39,747 nt of DNA from Candidatus Woesearchaeota archaeon (lineage in GTDB: Archaea > Nanobdellota > Nanobdellia > Woesearchaeales > B72-G16). The notes under the pieces were generated by a model. It ran no database searches. It was not told the DNA's origin and saw only the letters and a list, made by a program, of their open reading frames with translations. The stretch is taken from the NCBI GenBank assembly GCA_003650545.1, contig QMQO01000009.1:1-39747 (forward strand), given 5' to 3'. How positions within the stretch are numbered: position 1 is the first letter of the stretch; every line of letters begins with the position of its first letter. Below, in pieces: positions 10,228 through 18,661 of this stretch. Both the position numbers and the translations under genes were made by a program.

Positions 10228-10761
10228 ATGGACGAATTAAAAGCTACCCAGAAAATTTCAAGGAAAAATTATGTTAGTTCAAATTCTGCTCTCTCTAAAA
10301 CATTAAAATCTGGGGATCTTGGCTTCAGAAAAACAAAGGCAAAAAATATATTACAGAAAACATTACAAAAAACCCAAGGTTATGACCATAAAAATAAACT
10401 AACCCCTGGTCAGCGTGCTGCAGATGCTGTTGCTAGGTTTGGTGGCAGTTGGACTTTCATAGTGATATTTTTAGGTTTTCTTATTTTGTGGATGATTTTA
10501 AACTCTATTATTCTTGTAAAATATGAAAAATCATTTGACGCCTATCCTTATATTTTACTCAATCTAGTCCTTTCGTGTCTAGCAGCAATCCAGGCCCCTA
10601 TCATCTTGATGAGTCAGAATAGAGCTGCAGAACGAGACAGGATAAAAGCAGATCGTGATTATGCTATAAATAGAAAAGCAGAGCGTGAAAATCAAATAAT
10701 CATGCGTGATCTTGAGCAGATGAAGAAGATGCTTAAAGCAATGGAGCAGAAAAAAATATGA
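10228..10761 (+). CDS. DUF1003 family membrane protein
   Basis: Signature TPGQRAADAVARFGGSWTFI...FDAYPYILLNLVLSCLAAIQAPIILMSQNR, with two TM helices. TATA box tttataaa at 10193-10200. Confidence 0.9.
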   Translation: MDELKATQKISRKNYVSSNSALSKTLKSGDLGFRKTKAKNILQKTLQKTQGYDHKNKLTPGQRAADAVARFGGSWTFIVIFLGFLILWMILNSIILVKYEKSFDAYPYILLNLVLSCLAAIQAPIILMSQNRAAERDRIKADRDYAINRKAERENQIIMRDLEQMKKMLKAMEQKKI

Positions 10762-10763
10762 CT

Positions 10764-11963
10764 TCATTTTTTACTAACAATCTCAATTACATCTCTGTTT
10801 TTCAGCATATGATCTTTACCAATTATCTGTTTAGTTTTTAAGTCAATTGCTTTAATAAATCCATTGCCAATATCAGAATGAACTTTATACGCAAACTCAA
10901 GCGCTGTTATGTTCTCTGGTACTAAAAGACAATCAGGAAGTATATTTCCGTCTTTATCCTCTAATTTGCCATTTGCAACAGGATAGACAGCTATATATTT
11001 TAATAACTCAAAAACAGCTTTATCCAAAACCTGTTGAACACCTGTGCTACCATAGACATCTAATATTTTTTTTTTAATGAAATCCAGTGCAGATTTTTGT
11101 TTTTCATTAAGTTCTTCTTCTTTTAATACTTTAAAATTATTTTCTCCTGGTATGTACTCTATCAAACCATGTTTAGCAGCTTCTCTTAAGGCTAGCTCAG
11201 ATTCAGCAGAACATGCTATCAAGATATAGTCCTTAAATTTCTCTTTTAATTTATCAAAATTTGCCTTTCCAGTGGGCATATCAACTTTGTTACATGCTAT
11301 TATGATTGGTTTTGTCTTTTTTCTTAGCATACTTGCAAAATTTTTTAGTTCTTTTTCGCTCCATTCATGAAGTTTTTTAACTAAATTTAGATTTTCCATG
11401 CATTCTTCAACAAGCTCTTCTGTTATACCGCCTAGGCCAGAAAATTGTTTTGCAATAGCTTTTCCAGTCTGTTGTTGCAATTGAACCACTTGCCTTGAAA
11501 GTTTGTCCCAAACCTTTTTTAGTAAACCAAAGTACCACATGTCAAGTTCGACTTCAAGAAATTTGATATCGTCAGCAGGATCGTAACTTCCTGGTTCTAC
11601 TGGTTCTCCCATCTCGTTTGTGCTTCCTGCAGCATCTACTACATGTATCAACACATCCGCCTGCCTTAGATCGTCAAGGAACTGGTTTCCTCGACCTAAA
11701 CCTTTATGTGCACCTGGGACAAGTCCTGCTACATCTAACATTCTTACAGGAACAAACCTGTTGTGATTTAAACAATAGCCTGTTCTAGGATTACATTTCT
11801 TTCCAAAATCTTTATCTACACATTTCACTTTAACATAAGCTATCCCTTCATTTGGAGAAATTGTTGTAAATGGATAATTTGCAATTTCAGCTTCGGCTAG
11901 GGTTGCTGCTCTAAAAAATGTTGATTTTCCAGTTGATGGTTTTCCTATACAACCTACAAACAT
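10764..11963 (-). CDS. ychF: Obg-family YchF-type translation-associated GTPase/ATPase (archaeal subfamily) with TGS domain
   Basis: G1 GKPSTGKST, G2 NYPFTTI, G3 DVAGLVPGAH..G.GNQFLDDLR, G4 NKVD, and a C-terminal TGS domain (AYKVHSDIG). SD ggtg upstream. Confidence 0.93.
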   Translation of the reverse strand: MFVGCIGKPSTGKSTFFRAATLAEAEIANYPFTTISPNEGIAYVKVKCVDKDFGKKCNPRTGYCLNHNRFVPVRMLDVAGLVPGAHKGLGRGNQFLDDLRQADVLIHVVDAAGSTNEMGEPVEPGSYDPADDIKFLEVELDMWYFGLLKKVWDKLSRQVVQLQQQTGKAIAKQFSGLGGITEELVEECMENLNLVKKLHEWSEKELKNFASMLRKKTKPIIIACNKVDMPTGKANFDKLKEKFKDYILIACSAESELALREAAKHGLIEYIPGENNFKVLKEEELNEKQKSALDFIKKKILDVYGSTGVQQVLDKAVFELLKYIAVYPVANGKLEDKDGNILPDCLLVPENITALEFAYKVHSDIGNGFIKAIDLKTKQIIGKDHMLKNRDVIEIVSKK

Positions 11964-12244
11964 GAGTTACACCACGTTTTACTATTTTTTTCATATATAA
12001 ATATCTTTCCAATTCTGTAGATATCAGACATGTCGTACTTTCTTGCCATTATCAATATATAAAACGACGTCTTTTATTTTGTAAGATAAGTGGCCAAAGT
12101 CTAAGGCTATCCTTTGGCCAAATCACGATAAAAAAATGCAAACATCACAAACATGATCAAGCTGTAAGAGAAATATATTAATAAAAAAATATGTTAATAT
12201 AAAAAAGGTGGTTCAAGAAAGAAGGAAAGAGAAAGGTGATACAA

Positions 12245-12394
12245 ATGAGAAGCATTCCATTAGTGGTTGCTTTACTTTTGTGCATGTTCATTGTACGAGC
12301 AGCCAAGAAACAGCAACCCTATCCAGAAATAAATAGATTGCAACAATATCAAGAGTTTTCATTAAAAGAGTACCCTATAGGTTTACATGAATAG
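12245..12394 (+). CDS. Putative 49-aa small protein with N-terminal hydrophobic helix (not in ORF track)
   Basis: SD aaggtgat lies 4 nt before the ATG. Translation: MRSIPLVVALLLCMFIVRAAKKQQPYPEINRLQQYQEFSLKEYPIGLHE*. Followed by palindrome ccgttttt-a-aaaaacgg (12399-12415). Confidence 0.45.
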   Translation: MRSIPLVVALLLCMFIVRAAKKQQPYPEINRLQQYQEFSLKEYPIGLHE

Positions 12395-12552
12395 TATACC
12401 GTTTTTAAAAAACGGGCATAACATCTTTAACTAATTCTTTTTTTCTTTGCCCGTCAGCTCTCTTTATATTTCTTATATTTCTTGTATTTTCTTGTATTTC
12501 TTTATATTTAAACTTAAAAACCTTTTTAAGCTATATAATTTTCCTTAACATT

Positions 12553-13254
12553 ATGTTAAAAGCAGACTTGCACATTCATACATCAAAAGATCCTGAGGAT
12601 CGTAGATATATACGCTTATCCCCGAAGGAAATAATAACGATTGCAGCAAAAAAAAAATTTGATGTAATTTCCATAACGCATCATTCTCATGTTTACTTTA
12701 ATGAAGAACTAAAGAATTTCGCCAAAAAACAAGGCATTCTACTTATACCAGGCTGTGAACATAGAATCGATGGTAAAGACATCCTCATTTATAATATAAC
12801 AGAAAAAGAACGCCGAAAAATCAAGACATTTAAAGACTTGAATAAAATTAGAAATAAAGCATTGGTAATCGCTCCACATCCATATTACTTTGGAATACAT
12901 AGCCTTGGAAGAGAGCTATGCAAAAATATTAATTTATTTGACGCAATAGAATATAGTCATTTCTACACAAGATGGTTCAATCCAAATAAGAAAGCAATAA
13001 AAATTGCTATAAAACACAACAAACCATTAATAGGCACATCCGACACACATTATTTATTTCAGTTTGGCACAACCTATACCCTTATCGATGCAAAAAAAAA
13101 CATAAAATCTGTTTTTAAAGCCATAAAGGAAAATAAAATTGTTGTTAAATCAAAACCTCTTTCACCACATGTTTTTCTTATATTAATAGCTAGGATGATT
13201 TTCACATTACCTAAGAAGCTATTTCAAATTATTTCATTTAAACATGAGTTTTAA
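12553..13254 (+). CDS. PHP-domain metallophosphoesterase
   Basis: The DLHIHTS, ISITHH, GCE, APHP and GTSDTH motifs match the PHP fold. Confidence 0.9.
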   Translation: MLKADLHIHTSKDPEDRRYIRLSPKEIITIAAKKKFDVISITHHSHVYFNEELKNFAKKQGILLIPGCEHRIDGKDILIYNITEKERRKIKTFKDLNKIRNKALVIAPHPYYFGIHSLGRELCKNINLFDAIEYSHFYTRWFNPNKKAIKIAIKHNKPLIGTSDTHYLFQFGTTYTLIDAKKNIKSVFKAIKENKIVVKSKPLSPHVFLILIARMIFTLPKKLFQIISFKHEF

Positions 13255-13331
13255 GATTTTTCTAAGAGAAAAGCTTATATATAAATAATCCATTTTGTAT
13301 TTAAAAAGAGACGATATTGAGATGATATATT

Positions 13332-13919
13332 ATGCCTATAGAACGTCCAATAATTAATTATGTTTTGAAATACAAAGAGGTGTTTGATCCTTGGGAACTT
13401 TATCTATTCATGAGAGAGTGGGCTATTGAAGAAGGCTGGGTATCTCGTAACGAAACAGAATTTAAGGAAACTTTTTATTTACAAAAGGAAACCAGTGCGG
13501 GCACAGAAATCTGGTATTGGTGGCGCTTCCATAAACCAATAAGTTCATTTTACAGATACGACTACAAAATAGATGCACACATATTATTTCTTAAGCCACA
13601 TGAATTAATAATTGAAGGGAAAAAGCTTAAGACTTTCCACGCTGAAATAGAGTTCACAGTGCGTGGTATACTTGTGATGGACCAAGAAGGTAACTGGGAG
13701 AAACACTGGTTATTGAAACACCTTTTAACACGCTATTTTATTAATCGAATTTACAAGAAGGATATTGAATATCACGGCCTTGTAATTTCTAGAGAAGCCA
13801 AAAAACTACAGGAATTTCTGAAATCATACTTTCAAATGGGCTCATTTGAGCGTGATCGTGAAGAGCGTTATTTTTTCGCAAAGCAATCTGGTCAAGTTCA
13901 GCCAGGCAGGATGAGATAA
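13332..13919 (+). CDS. Hypothetical protein, paralog 1 of a tandem triplet
   Basis: Shares blocks with the next two ORFs (YKEVFDPWELY..M..W; LVMDQEGNWEK; LQEFLKSYFQM). 1-bp gap to the next gene. Confidence 0.8.
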   Translation: MPIERPIINYVLKYKEVFDPWELYLFMREWAIEEGWVSRNETEFKETFYLQKETSAGTEIWYWWRFHKPISSFYRYDYKIDAHILFLKPHELIIEGKKLKTFHAEIEFTVRGILVMDQEGNWEKHWLLKHLLTRYFINRIYKKDIEYHGLVISREAKKLQEFLKSYFQMGSFERDREERYFFAKQSGQVQPGRMR

Positions 13920-13920
13920 A

Positions 13921-14448
13921 ATGCCAAAGTACGAGATGCATAAAAAATACTTATACAAAGCTCCTGGAAGGCAGATAGACAAAATTGAATACTCTGGGAT
14001 TGTAGACTGGGATGGTTTATATGCTTTAATTTCAAACTTTTTTATTTCTAGGAGGTATATTTTCACAGAAACATCAAATAAATTCAAAGCAGACAAAATA
14101 GGCTATCATTATGAGATAGAAATGGAAGCCTGGCGCAAAGTTACAAATTATTTCAAATATTGGCAAAAACTTTATATTAGAATCTGGGAAAAAGAACTTG
14201 TTGAAGTTATTAAAGAAGGTCAGAAAAAAAAAATGTACAGAATGCGTTTTTTTATTGAATTTATGCCTGCATTAGAGACAGACTACCAAAAACGCTTTGA
14301 AAAAAGCGAATTGGGAGAGAAATTTAGAGATTGGATTGAGAAGTACCTACTCAAACGCGAAATTGAATTTAGACACTGGGACAGTCTCTATTATGAAACA
14401 ATTGCATTGCGTAACGAGATAAAAAATTATTTAAACATTCAAGTATAG
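13921..14448 (+). CDS. Hypothetical protein, paralog 2 of a tandem triplet
   Basis: Shared blocks YSGIVDWDGLY, AWRKVTNY, LETDYQKRFEK and IKNYLNI. Confidence 0.8.
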   Translation: MPKYEMHKKYLYKAPGRQIDKIEYSGIVDWDGLYALISNFFISRRYIFTETSNKFKADKIGYHYEIEMEAWRKVTNYFKYWQKLYIRIWEKELVEVIKEGQKKKMYRMRFFIEFMPALETDYQKRFEKSELGEKFRDWIEKYLLKREIEFRHWDSLYYETIALRNEIKNYLNIQV

Positions 14449-14454
14449 TTAAAA

Positions 14455-14970
14455 ATGGCAGAAGAAATGATTGTTGTGGATCATAAAACCTTGGACTACC
14501 AAGGCTTAGTTGATATTCCTGAGTTTTATAAAGTAGTAGATGGTTATTTTAAACGTAGAGGTTACGATAAAAAGGAAGCTTTGACAGCAGAAAATGTTAC
14601 AGAAACAGGAAAATACATGGAAGTTCGGCTAGAACCATGGAAAACACTAACTGATTATGCGCAGAGCAAGTTTGTGATACGCATACAATTCTTTGACACG
14701 AAAGAAGTCGAAATAGAGATTGACAAAGTGAAAAAACGTATTCATCAAGCTCATGTTAAAATAGTAACAGATGCATACCTTGTAACAGACTATGAAGGGA
14801 GATGGGAAGAAAATGCTTTTTCATTTTTCATCCGCACTCTGATGGACCGTTATTTTTTAAGAAGCCTTACCAACAAACAACGTGCAGAGATAGCCGAAGA
14901 CGTTGAGCGCTTTTATCAACTTATTGGTTCATTCTTGAACATACAGAAATATAGAATGTCCACATATTGA
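14455..14970 (+). CDS. Hypothetical protein, paralog 3 of a tandem triplet
   Basis: Shared blocks YQGLVDIPEFY, PWKTLTDY, LVTDYEGRWEE and IGSFLNI. 6-bp gap from paralog 2. Confidence 0.8.
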   Translation: MAEEMIVVDHKTLDYQGLVDIPEFYKVVDGYFKRRGYDKKEALTAENVTETGKYMEVRLEPWKTLTDYAQSKFVIRIQFFDTKEVEIEIDKVKKRIHQAHVKIVTDAYLVTDYEGRWEENAFSFFIRTLMDRYFLRSLTNKQRAEIAEDVERFYQLIGSFLNIQKYRMSTY

Positions 14971-15240
14971 TAACTGATTTCTAACATGTTTAAGTTAAGT
15001 AACTTATGATAAACTGCATATGTTATAACCCAATTAAAATATTAGTTTTGAATATTAATAGTTTAAATATTAACAATTTAAATATTAATATACTAAGGTT
15101 AAGTCGATAGTCTAAAATTATAAAACATTAACATTAGCCACTTCAAAGCATATTAACTATTATTTATTTTTTAGTATTCATTTTTTAGAAAGATATACTA
15201 TGGATTGGACACTTAAGTTGGCAGCACTATTAATAGTAAT

Positions 15241-15249
15241 CTTTATAAA
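15241..15249 (+). promoter_or_regulatory. Archaeal TATA box of the tRNA gene
   Basis: ctttataaa ends about 25 nt upstream of the tRNA 5' G (15275). Confidence 0.6.
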
Positions 15250-15274
15250 CAATTCTTTTTTTTATTTTAGAAAT

Positions 15275-15444
15275 GCCCCCGTAGCATAGTAGCTATTGCG
15301 ACAGTGGAGATATAAATTGCTTTGCAATATAATCTAACGTCGAACCTTGTAGCTACATGATGCGAGTGATGCTTGAAAGCTGTAGGTCGCGGGTGCAATA
15401 TTGCTGCGAGCATTGCTTAGCAATTGCAACTCCCGCCGGGGGCT
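15275..15444 (+). tRNA. tRNA-Thr(UGU) with three introns (30/31: 15305-15344; 37/38: 15352-15377; 59/60: 15400-15430)
   Basis: Acceptor stem GCCCCCG/CGGGGGC with discriminator U. Removing 40+26+31 nt leaves a 73-nt cloverleaf: anticodon arm ACAGC-CTTGTAA-GCTGT, variable loop AGGTC, T arm GCGGG-TGCAATT-CCCGC. BHB central helices CGAC/GTCG (intron 1) and TGCA/TGCA (intron 3) are flanked by 3-nt bulges. Intron 2 has a relaxed BHB. Confidence 0.88.
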
Positions 15445-15607
15445 TATCTATTTATTATCTATTTAAAGAGATAATAACTATGAATAACTTAGATTTCTAG
15501 AACAAAATATTTTAAACCTAGAAAAGAAGTCTCTCTTGATCTGTTTAATAATAAAAATTTGCTAAATTTTTCAAAAGATTAATATATCTCACAGATTCGT
15601 AATCTTT

Positions 15608-16744
15608 ATGGAATTATCAAAAGAAGAACTCTTCAAAATAATAGTAATATTAATCGCTAGCGAGCAGAGAGCAATCACAGTAAGAGAACTCTCCCATGAA
15701 TACCAATCAATAAGGGATATTATCCAAAAAACCAATAAAGAGTTCTCTAACCTTACAAACACAGAATTTTTAGAACAGTTTAATCTAAGATATGAAGACA
15801 CGAATTTTATATACTTACAATCCAAGGTAAGATCTCTATTCGACAAAGTGTTTAGAAGTATTCCCCTAATCGAAAAGGGAATGAAGAAACAACCGTTTTT
15901 TTTAGACGGTAGTGGAAAAGAGATCTGGTGTGATGCGTGGCGAATTAGAAGGTTTAAAGATATAAACACTTTAGAAAAATGTATTAATTTTGGACTAAAT
16001 ATAAGTAATTTAACTAAGAGGAGTAATGCAGAATTTTTCGGTCCGTTAAGAAATGTGAGTACTATTTATCATAAAACAAAAATACTTCTATATCTAAACG
16101 AATCTTCTGGCAAATCGTTAAAGGTTGGTGAATTATGTGATAGGTTCAGCCAGGACGGTATATCTTCTGATTACAGAATCTTATACAGGATTATAAAAAG
16201 CATAAATGGATTTAACGGTGTGATTACTTTAGACGAACTGGTATCTAAGGAAGAAAGAAAAGCTTATAGATGGGTGACACAAAAAACGCTTGATCAGATA
16301 AAACTTATTGGCCCATTAAAAGTACATCCTACTAGGACAAGAAAAGTTGCAGAAATTTTATATAACAGCCATCTGGAAGATTCTACAAGATTGTATAATG
16401 CCCAGGAGCTTACAAAAATGTTTAATCTAAAACAAGCAAAAAATCCCTCTAAGACATATTCGGCTATGATCCTTAGAGAACTAAGAAAACAAGGGTTAGT
16501 TGAAGAGATATCCCAGAGGTTTTATGCGAAAGCGACACTTAATAGTGAAGGATGTTTATTTACTAATAACATTCTACTTCCTTTAAAATCTGCAGTTTAT
16601 GGCTATGAAGAAGGAATTGAATACATTGAGTCATTCCAGCCTTCCAAAGAACAAATAGAACTGTCACTAATAAGATATGCATTGTATAAAAAACAGAGGT
16701 TATTATCTAGAAAAAAAAGGGAGACAACAGTAAAATTAAAATAA
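15608..16744 (+). CDS. Hypothetical basic protein, possibly with repeated winged-helix segments
   Basis: Long ORF with wHTH-like segments (KILLYLNESSGKSLKVGELCDRF; RKVAEILY...YNAQELTKMF...ILRELRKQGLVEE). No catalytic motif recognised. Confidence 0.6.
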   Translation: MELSKEELFKIIVILIASEQRAITVRELSHEYQSIRDIIQKTNKEFSNLTNTEFLEQFNLRYEDTNFIYLQSKVRSLFDKVFRSIPLIEKGMKKQPFFLDGSGKEIWCDAWRIRRFKDINTLEKCINFGLNISNLTKRSNAEFFGPLRNVSTIYHKTKILLYLNESSGKSLKVGELCDRFSQDGISSDYRILYRIIKSINGFNGVITLDELVSKEERKAYRWVTQKTLDQIKLIGPLKVHPTRTRKVAEILYNSHLEDSTRLYNAQELTKMFNLKQAKNPSKTYSAMILRELRKQGLVEEISQRFYAKATLNSEGCLFTNNILLPLKSAVYGYEEGIEYIESFQPSKEQIELSLIRYALYKKQRLLSRKKRETTVKLK

Positions 16745-16770
16745 AAACCTAAGCCGGATTTTTTTCTTAC

Positions 16771-16918
16771 AAAGGGTAGAGTCAGCATAGTCAACCTAGA
16801 TAAGCTATAAGAATGCCATGCTCGCAGTTTCTTTAAAATTGAATGTATCTGAGCTAGTTAGCTCAACAATAAATGAATCTTTCCTGCGGCATTCTCAGTC
16901 AAATTGACACAACCCTTT
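16771..16918. repeat. ~150-bp nested inverted-repeat element (MITE-like or structured RNA) between convergent genes
   Basis: Terminal inverted repeat AAAGGGTAGAGTCA (16771-16784) / TGACACAACCCTTT (16905-16918), 12/14 match. Inner stems agaatgcc/ggcattct, cgcag/ctgcg and tgagcta/tagctca. Confidence 0.45.
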
Positions 16919-16921
16919 TCT

Positions 16922-18109
16922 TCAAATCTGATGCACCACCTTTTTTAAACTCATACTCATAAAGAAAAAAAACAACATCTCTACAGCAAGAATAAAAAAC
17001 ACCCATTTAAATGGTAAAAAAAACAAAAAACCAGCTATAACAATCTTCCCAACTGTTGAAAAAACATCAGAGCATGTACAATAAGGTCCATAATATTTAG
17101 CTTCGTCTTTCTTTCTTATTATCTTAAAAAAATAAGCCTCTGTTGTTGGTTCTAAAAATGCAATAGGAACGCTAGCAAGAACAAATAAACCCATCACCCA
17201 ATAAACATTAGTTAAAAGACCTGCAGCCATTGCAATCAGGGCAATACAACCATAACCTATCATAAAATATTTTTTATATCCAGATTCATCAACTTTTTTA
17301 CCAACATAATATTCTAGAATAACGAGAGGACTAACAATGGCGAAAAGAAAATAACCAACCCATCTATCTCCTAGACCATTTCTAATGATGTACAACGGCA
17401 GATAAATATATAAAACAGCCCAATAGAGATCAACTCCGCCACCAACAACATAAATCTTTAAAAGATTTTTATTTTTAAAGAAAGTCTTGAAGTTTCTCAA
17501 AATATTTTTGTCAACTTCTTCTATTTTTGGCACACGGATGTGAAGTTTCATAAAAATAAACATCGCTGTTGCCATCAAAACAAAAATAGCAGCAAGGACA
17601 AACACAACATTTATGCCAGCTTTCTCAGCTAATGACCCTGCTACCAGCGGCCCTATAAGCCACCCAATATTTGACAGATTGTAAATCAAACTTTCTGTTT
17701 TGCCTATATTTTTGACTGTACTCATGTTTCTAATAATGATGCCTGAACTGTTACGTCGTAAAACACTTCCAATGGTTTGGAATAGAGCTATAGCAATAAA
17801 GATGTAAAAGTTCCTGTTGATTGCAAATAATATGTATGCTATTGCATATATTATCAACGAGAGAAGGTAGGTTCTAGATGGGGAATGCCTTTCAAAGTAT
17901 GGAATCAACACAAAGAAAAGTAAAAATGAAAATGCTGTAAAACAGCCAGACACAATTCCGACAATCGCAGCGCTTTTAACAAAGCTATCAATGTAAAGTG
18001 CCCATATTGTGTCAACATATGCCAAAGCAAATGACAAAATAGTTATAACAATGGCAAGCTCAGTGATCCTGCTGACAATCCTATGCCTTTGCCCAAAATG
18101 TATAACCAT
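16922..18109 (-). CDS. MFS transporter
   Basis: 395 aa with about 12 hydrophobic segments. Motif C-like NIGWLIGPLVAGSLAE and second-half loop GKKVDESGYKK. Confidence 0.88.
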   Translation of the reverse strand: MVIHFGQRHRIVSRITELAIVITILSFALAYVDTIWALYIDSFVKSAAIVGIVSGCFTAFSFLLFFVLIPYFERHSPSRTYLLSLIIYAIAYILFAINRNFYIFIAIALFQTIGSVLRRNSSGIIIRNMSTVKNIGKTESLIYNLSNIGWLIGPLVAGSLAEKAGINVVFVLAAIFVLMATAMFIFMKLHIRVPKIEEVDKNILRNFKTFFKNKNLLKIYVVGGGVDLYWAVLYIYLPLYIIRNGLGDRWVGYFLFAIVSPLVILEYYVGKKVDESGYKKYFMIGYGCIALIAMAAGLLTNVYWVMGLFVLASVPIAFLEPTTEAYFFKIIRKKDEAKYYGPYCTCSDVFSTVGKIVIAGFLFFLPFKWVFFILAVEMLFFFFMSMSLKKVVHQI

Positions 18110-18202
18110 TTTTTCCCTTTTTTTATATTATTACTATCTCTTCCATTTAAATACTTTTCCAGTAAGTTTTATATTACAGAATGAAATTCAACAACATAAA
18201 AA

Positions 18203-18661
18203 ATGGCGATAGAGGACATCTATCTGGAATTGGCAGAGAAACACGAACTTCCAGATTACCATGAGTTCAACAAAGAATTTGAGATTTCTAGCATAGACAC
18301 TGAAGAATTTCTTTTACGCGAGATCAGGAGGAAGATGATGGAGCGCTTTGATTACTATGCTAAGATCTTACAAGAGTTATTCCAGCCAGATCCGCATAGC
18401 AGTTCTATATTCGAGGCAAAAAATTTTACAGACAAAGACCGCGAAAACATTTTCAATCTTTACAGTAAGATCATGGCGATGATGCGTCATTCTGTTGTTG
18501 TCAGTTTAGACAACAGCGATGAGCAGAATGCTAAATTCATTAATAGTTCTTATAAAGAATGGTTAAGGATAAAAGAGAAGGTTCTTCCTATTGCGATGCG
18601 TATCAAGAGTACTTGGGAGAATCACTTTGTTGATAAGATCAAAGCAGAATATTTTGGATGA
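18203..18661 (+). CDS. Hypothetical alpha-helical protein
   Basis: Intact 152-aa ORF with typical codon usage (LAEKHELPDY.EF.KEFEIS...EYFG). No function recognised. Confidence 0.75.
   Translation: MAIEDIYLELAEKHELPDYHEFNKEFEISSIDTEEFLLREIRRKMMERFDYYAKILQELFQPDPHSSSIFEAKNFTDKDRENIFNLYSKIMAMMRHSVVVSLDNSDEQNAKFINSSYKEWLRIKEKVLPIAMRIKSTWENHFVDKIKAEYFG

Noticed and set aside
12085..12125. Possible c-di-GMP riboswitch near the GGDEF locus
   Set aside because: Only one simple hairpin. The GEMM two-stem architecture with GNRA tetraloop and receptor is not present.
12460..12510. TATTTCTT-type repeats here and TTTTCATA repeats at about 22149-22205
   Set aside because: Low-complexity pyrimidine-rich terminator or slippage sequence with no further structure.
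14971..15240. AT-rich gap as a replication origin
   Set aside because: No ORB-like repeats and no cdc6/orc1 gene nearby. AT richness is typical of all spacers here.
15352..15377. Box C-like ATGATG/GTGATG and TTGA within tRNA intron 2 (possible intron-encoded C/D guide)
   Set aside because: The intron is only 26 nt, the boxes are imperfect and there is no room for guide sequences.
16745..16895. Minus-strand resemblance to RNase P RNA (AAAATCCGGCTTA; CAGGAAAG) and to the SRP helix-8 CAGG/AGCA loop
   Set aside because: The complementary P4 strand (AAGTCCGG) is absent. About 60 nt rather than a short GNRA hairpin separate CAGG and AGCA, and the region is too short for either RNA.
15275..16920. 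Integrated element at the tRNA-Thr 3' end
   Set aside because: No integrase and no duplicated tRNA 3' end (attR) anywhere in the window.
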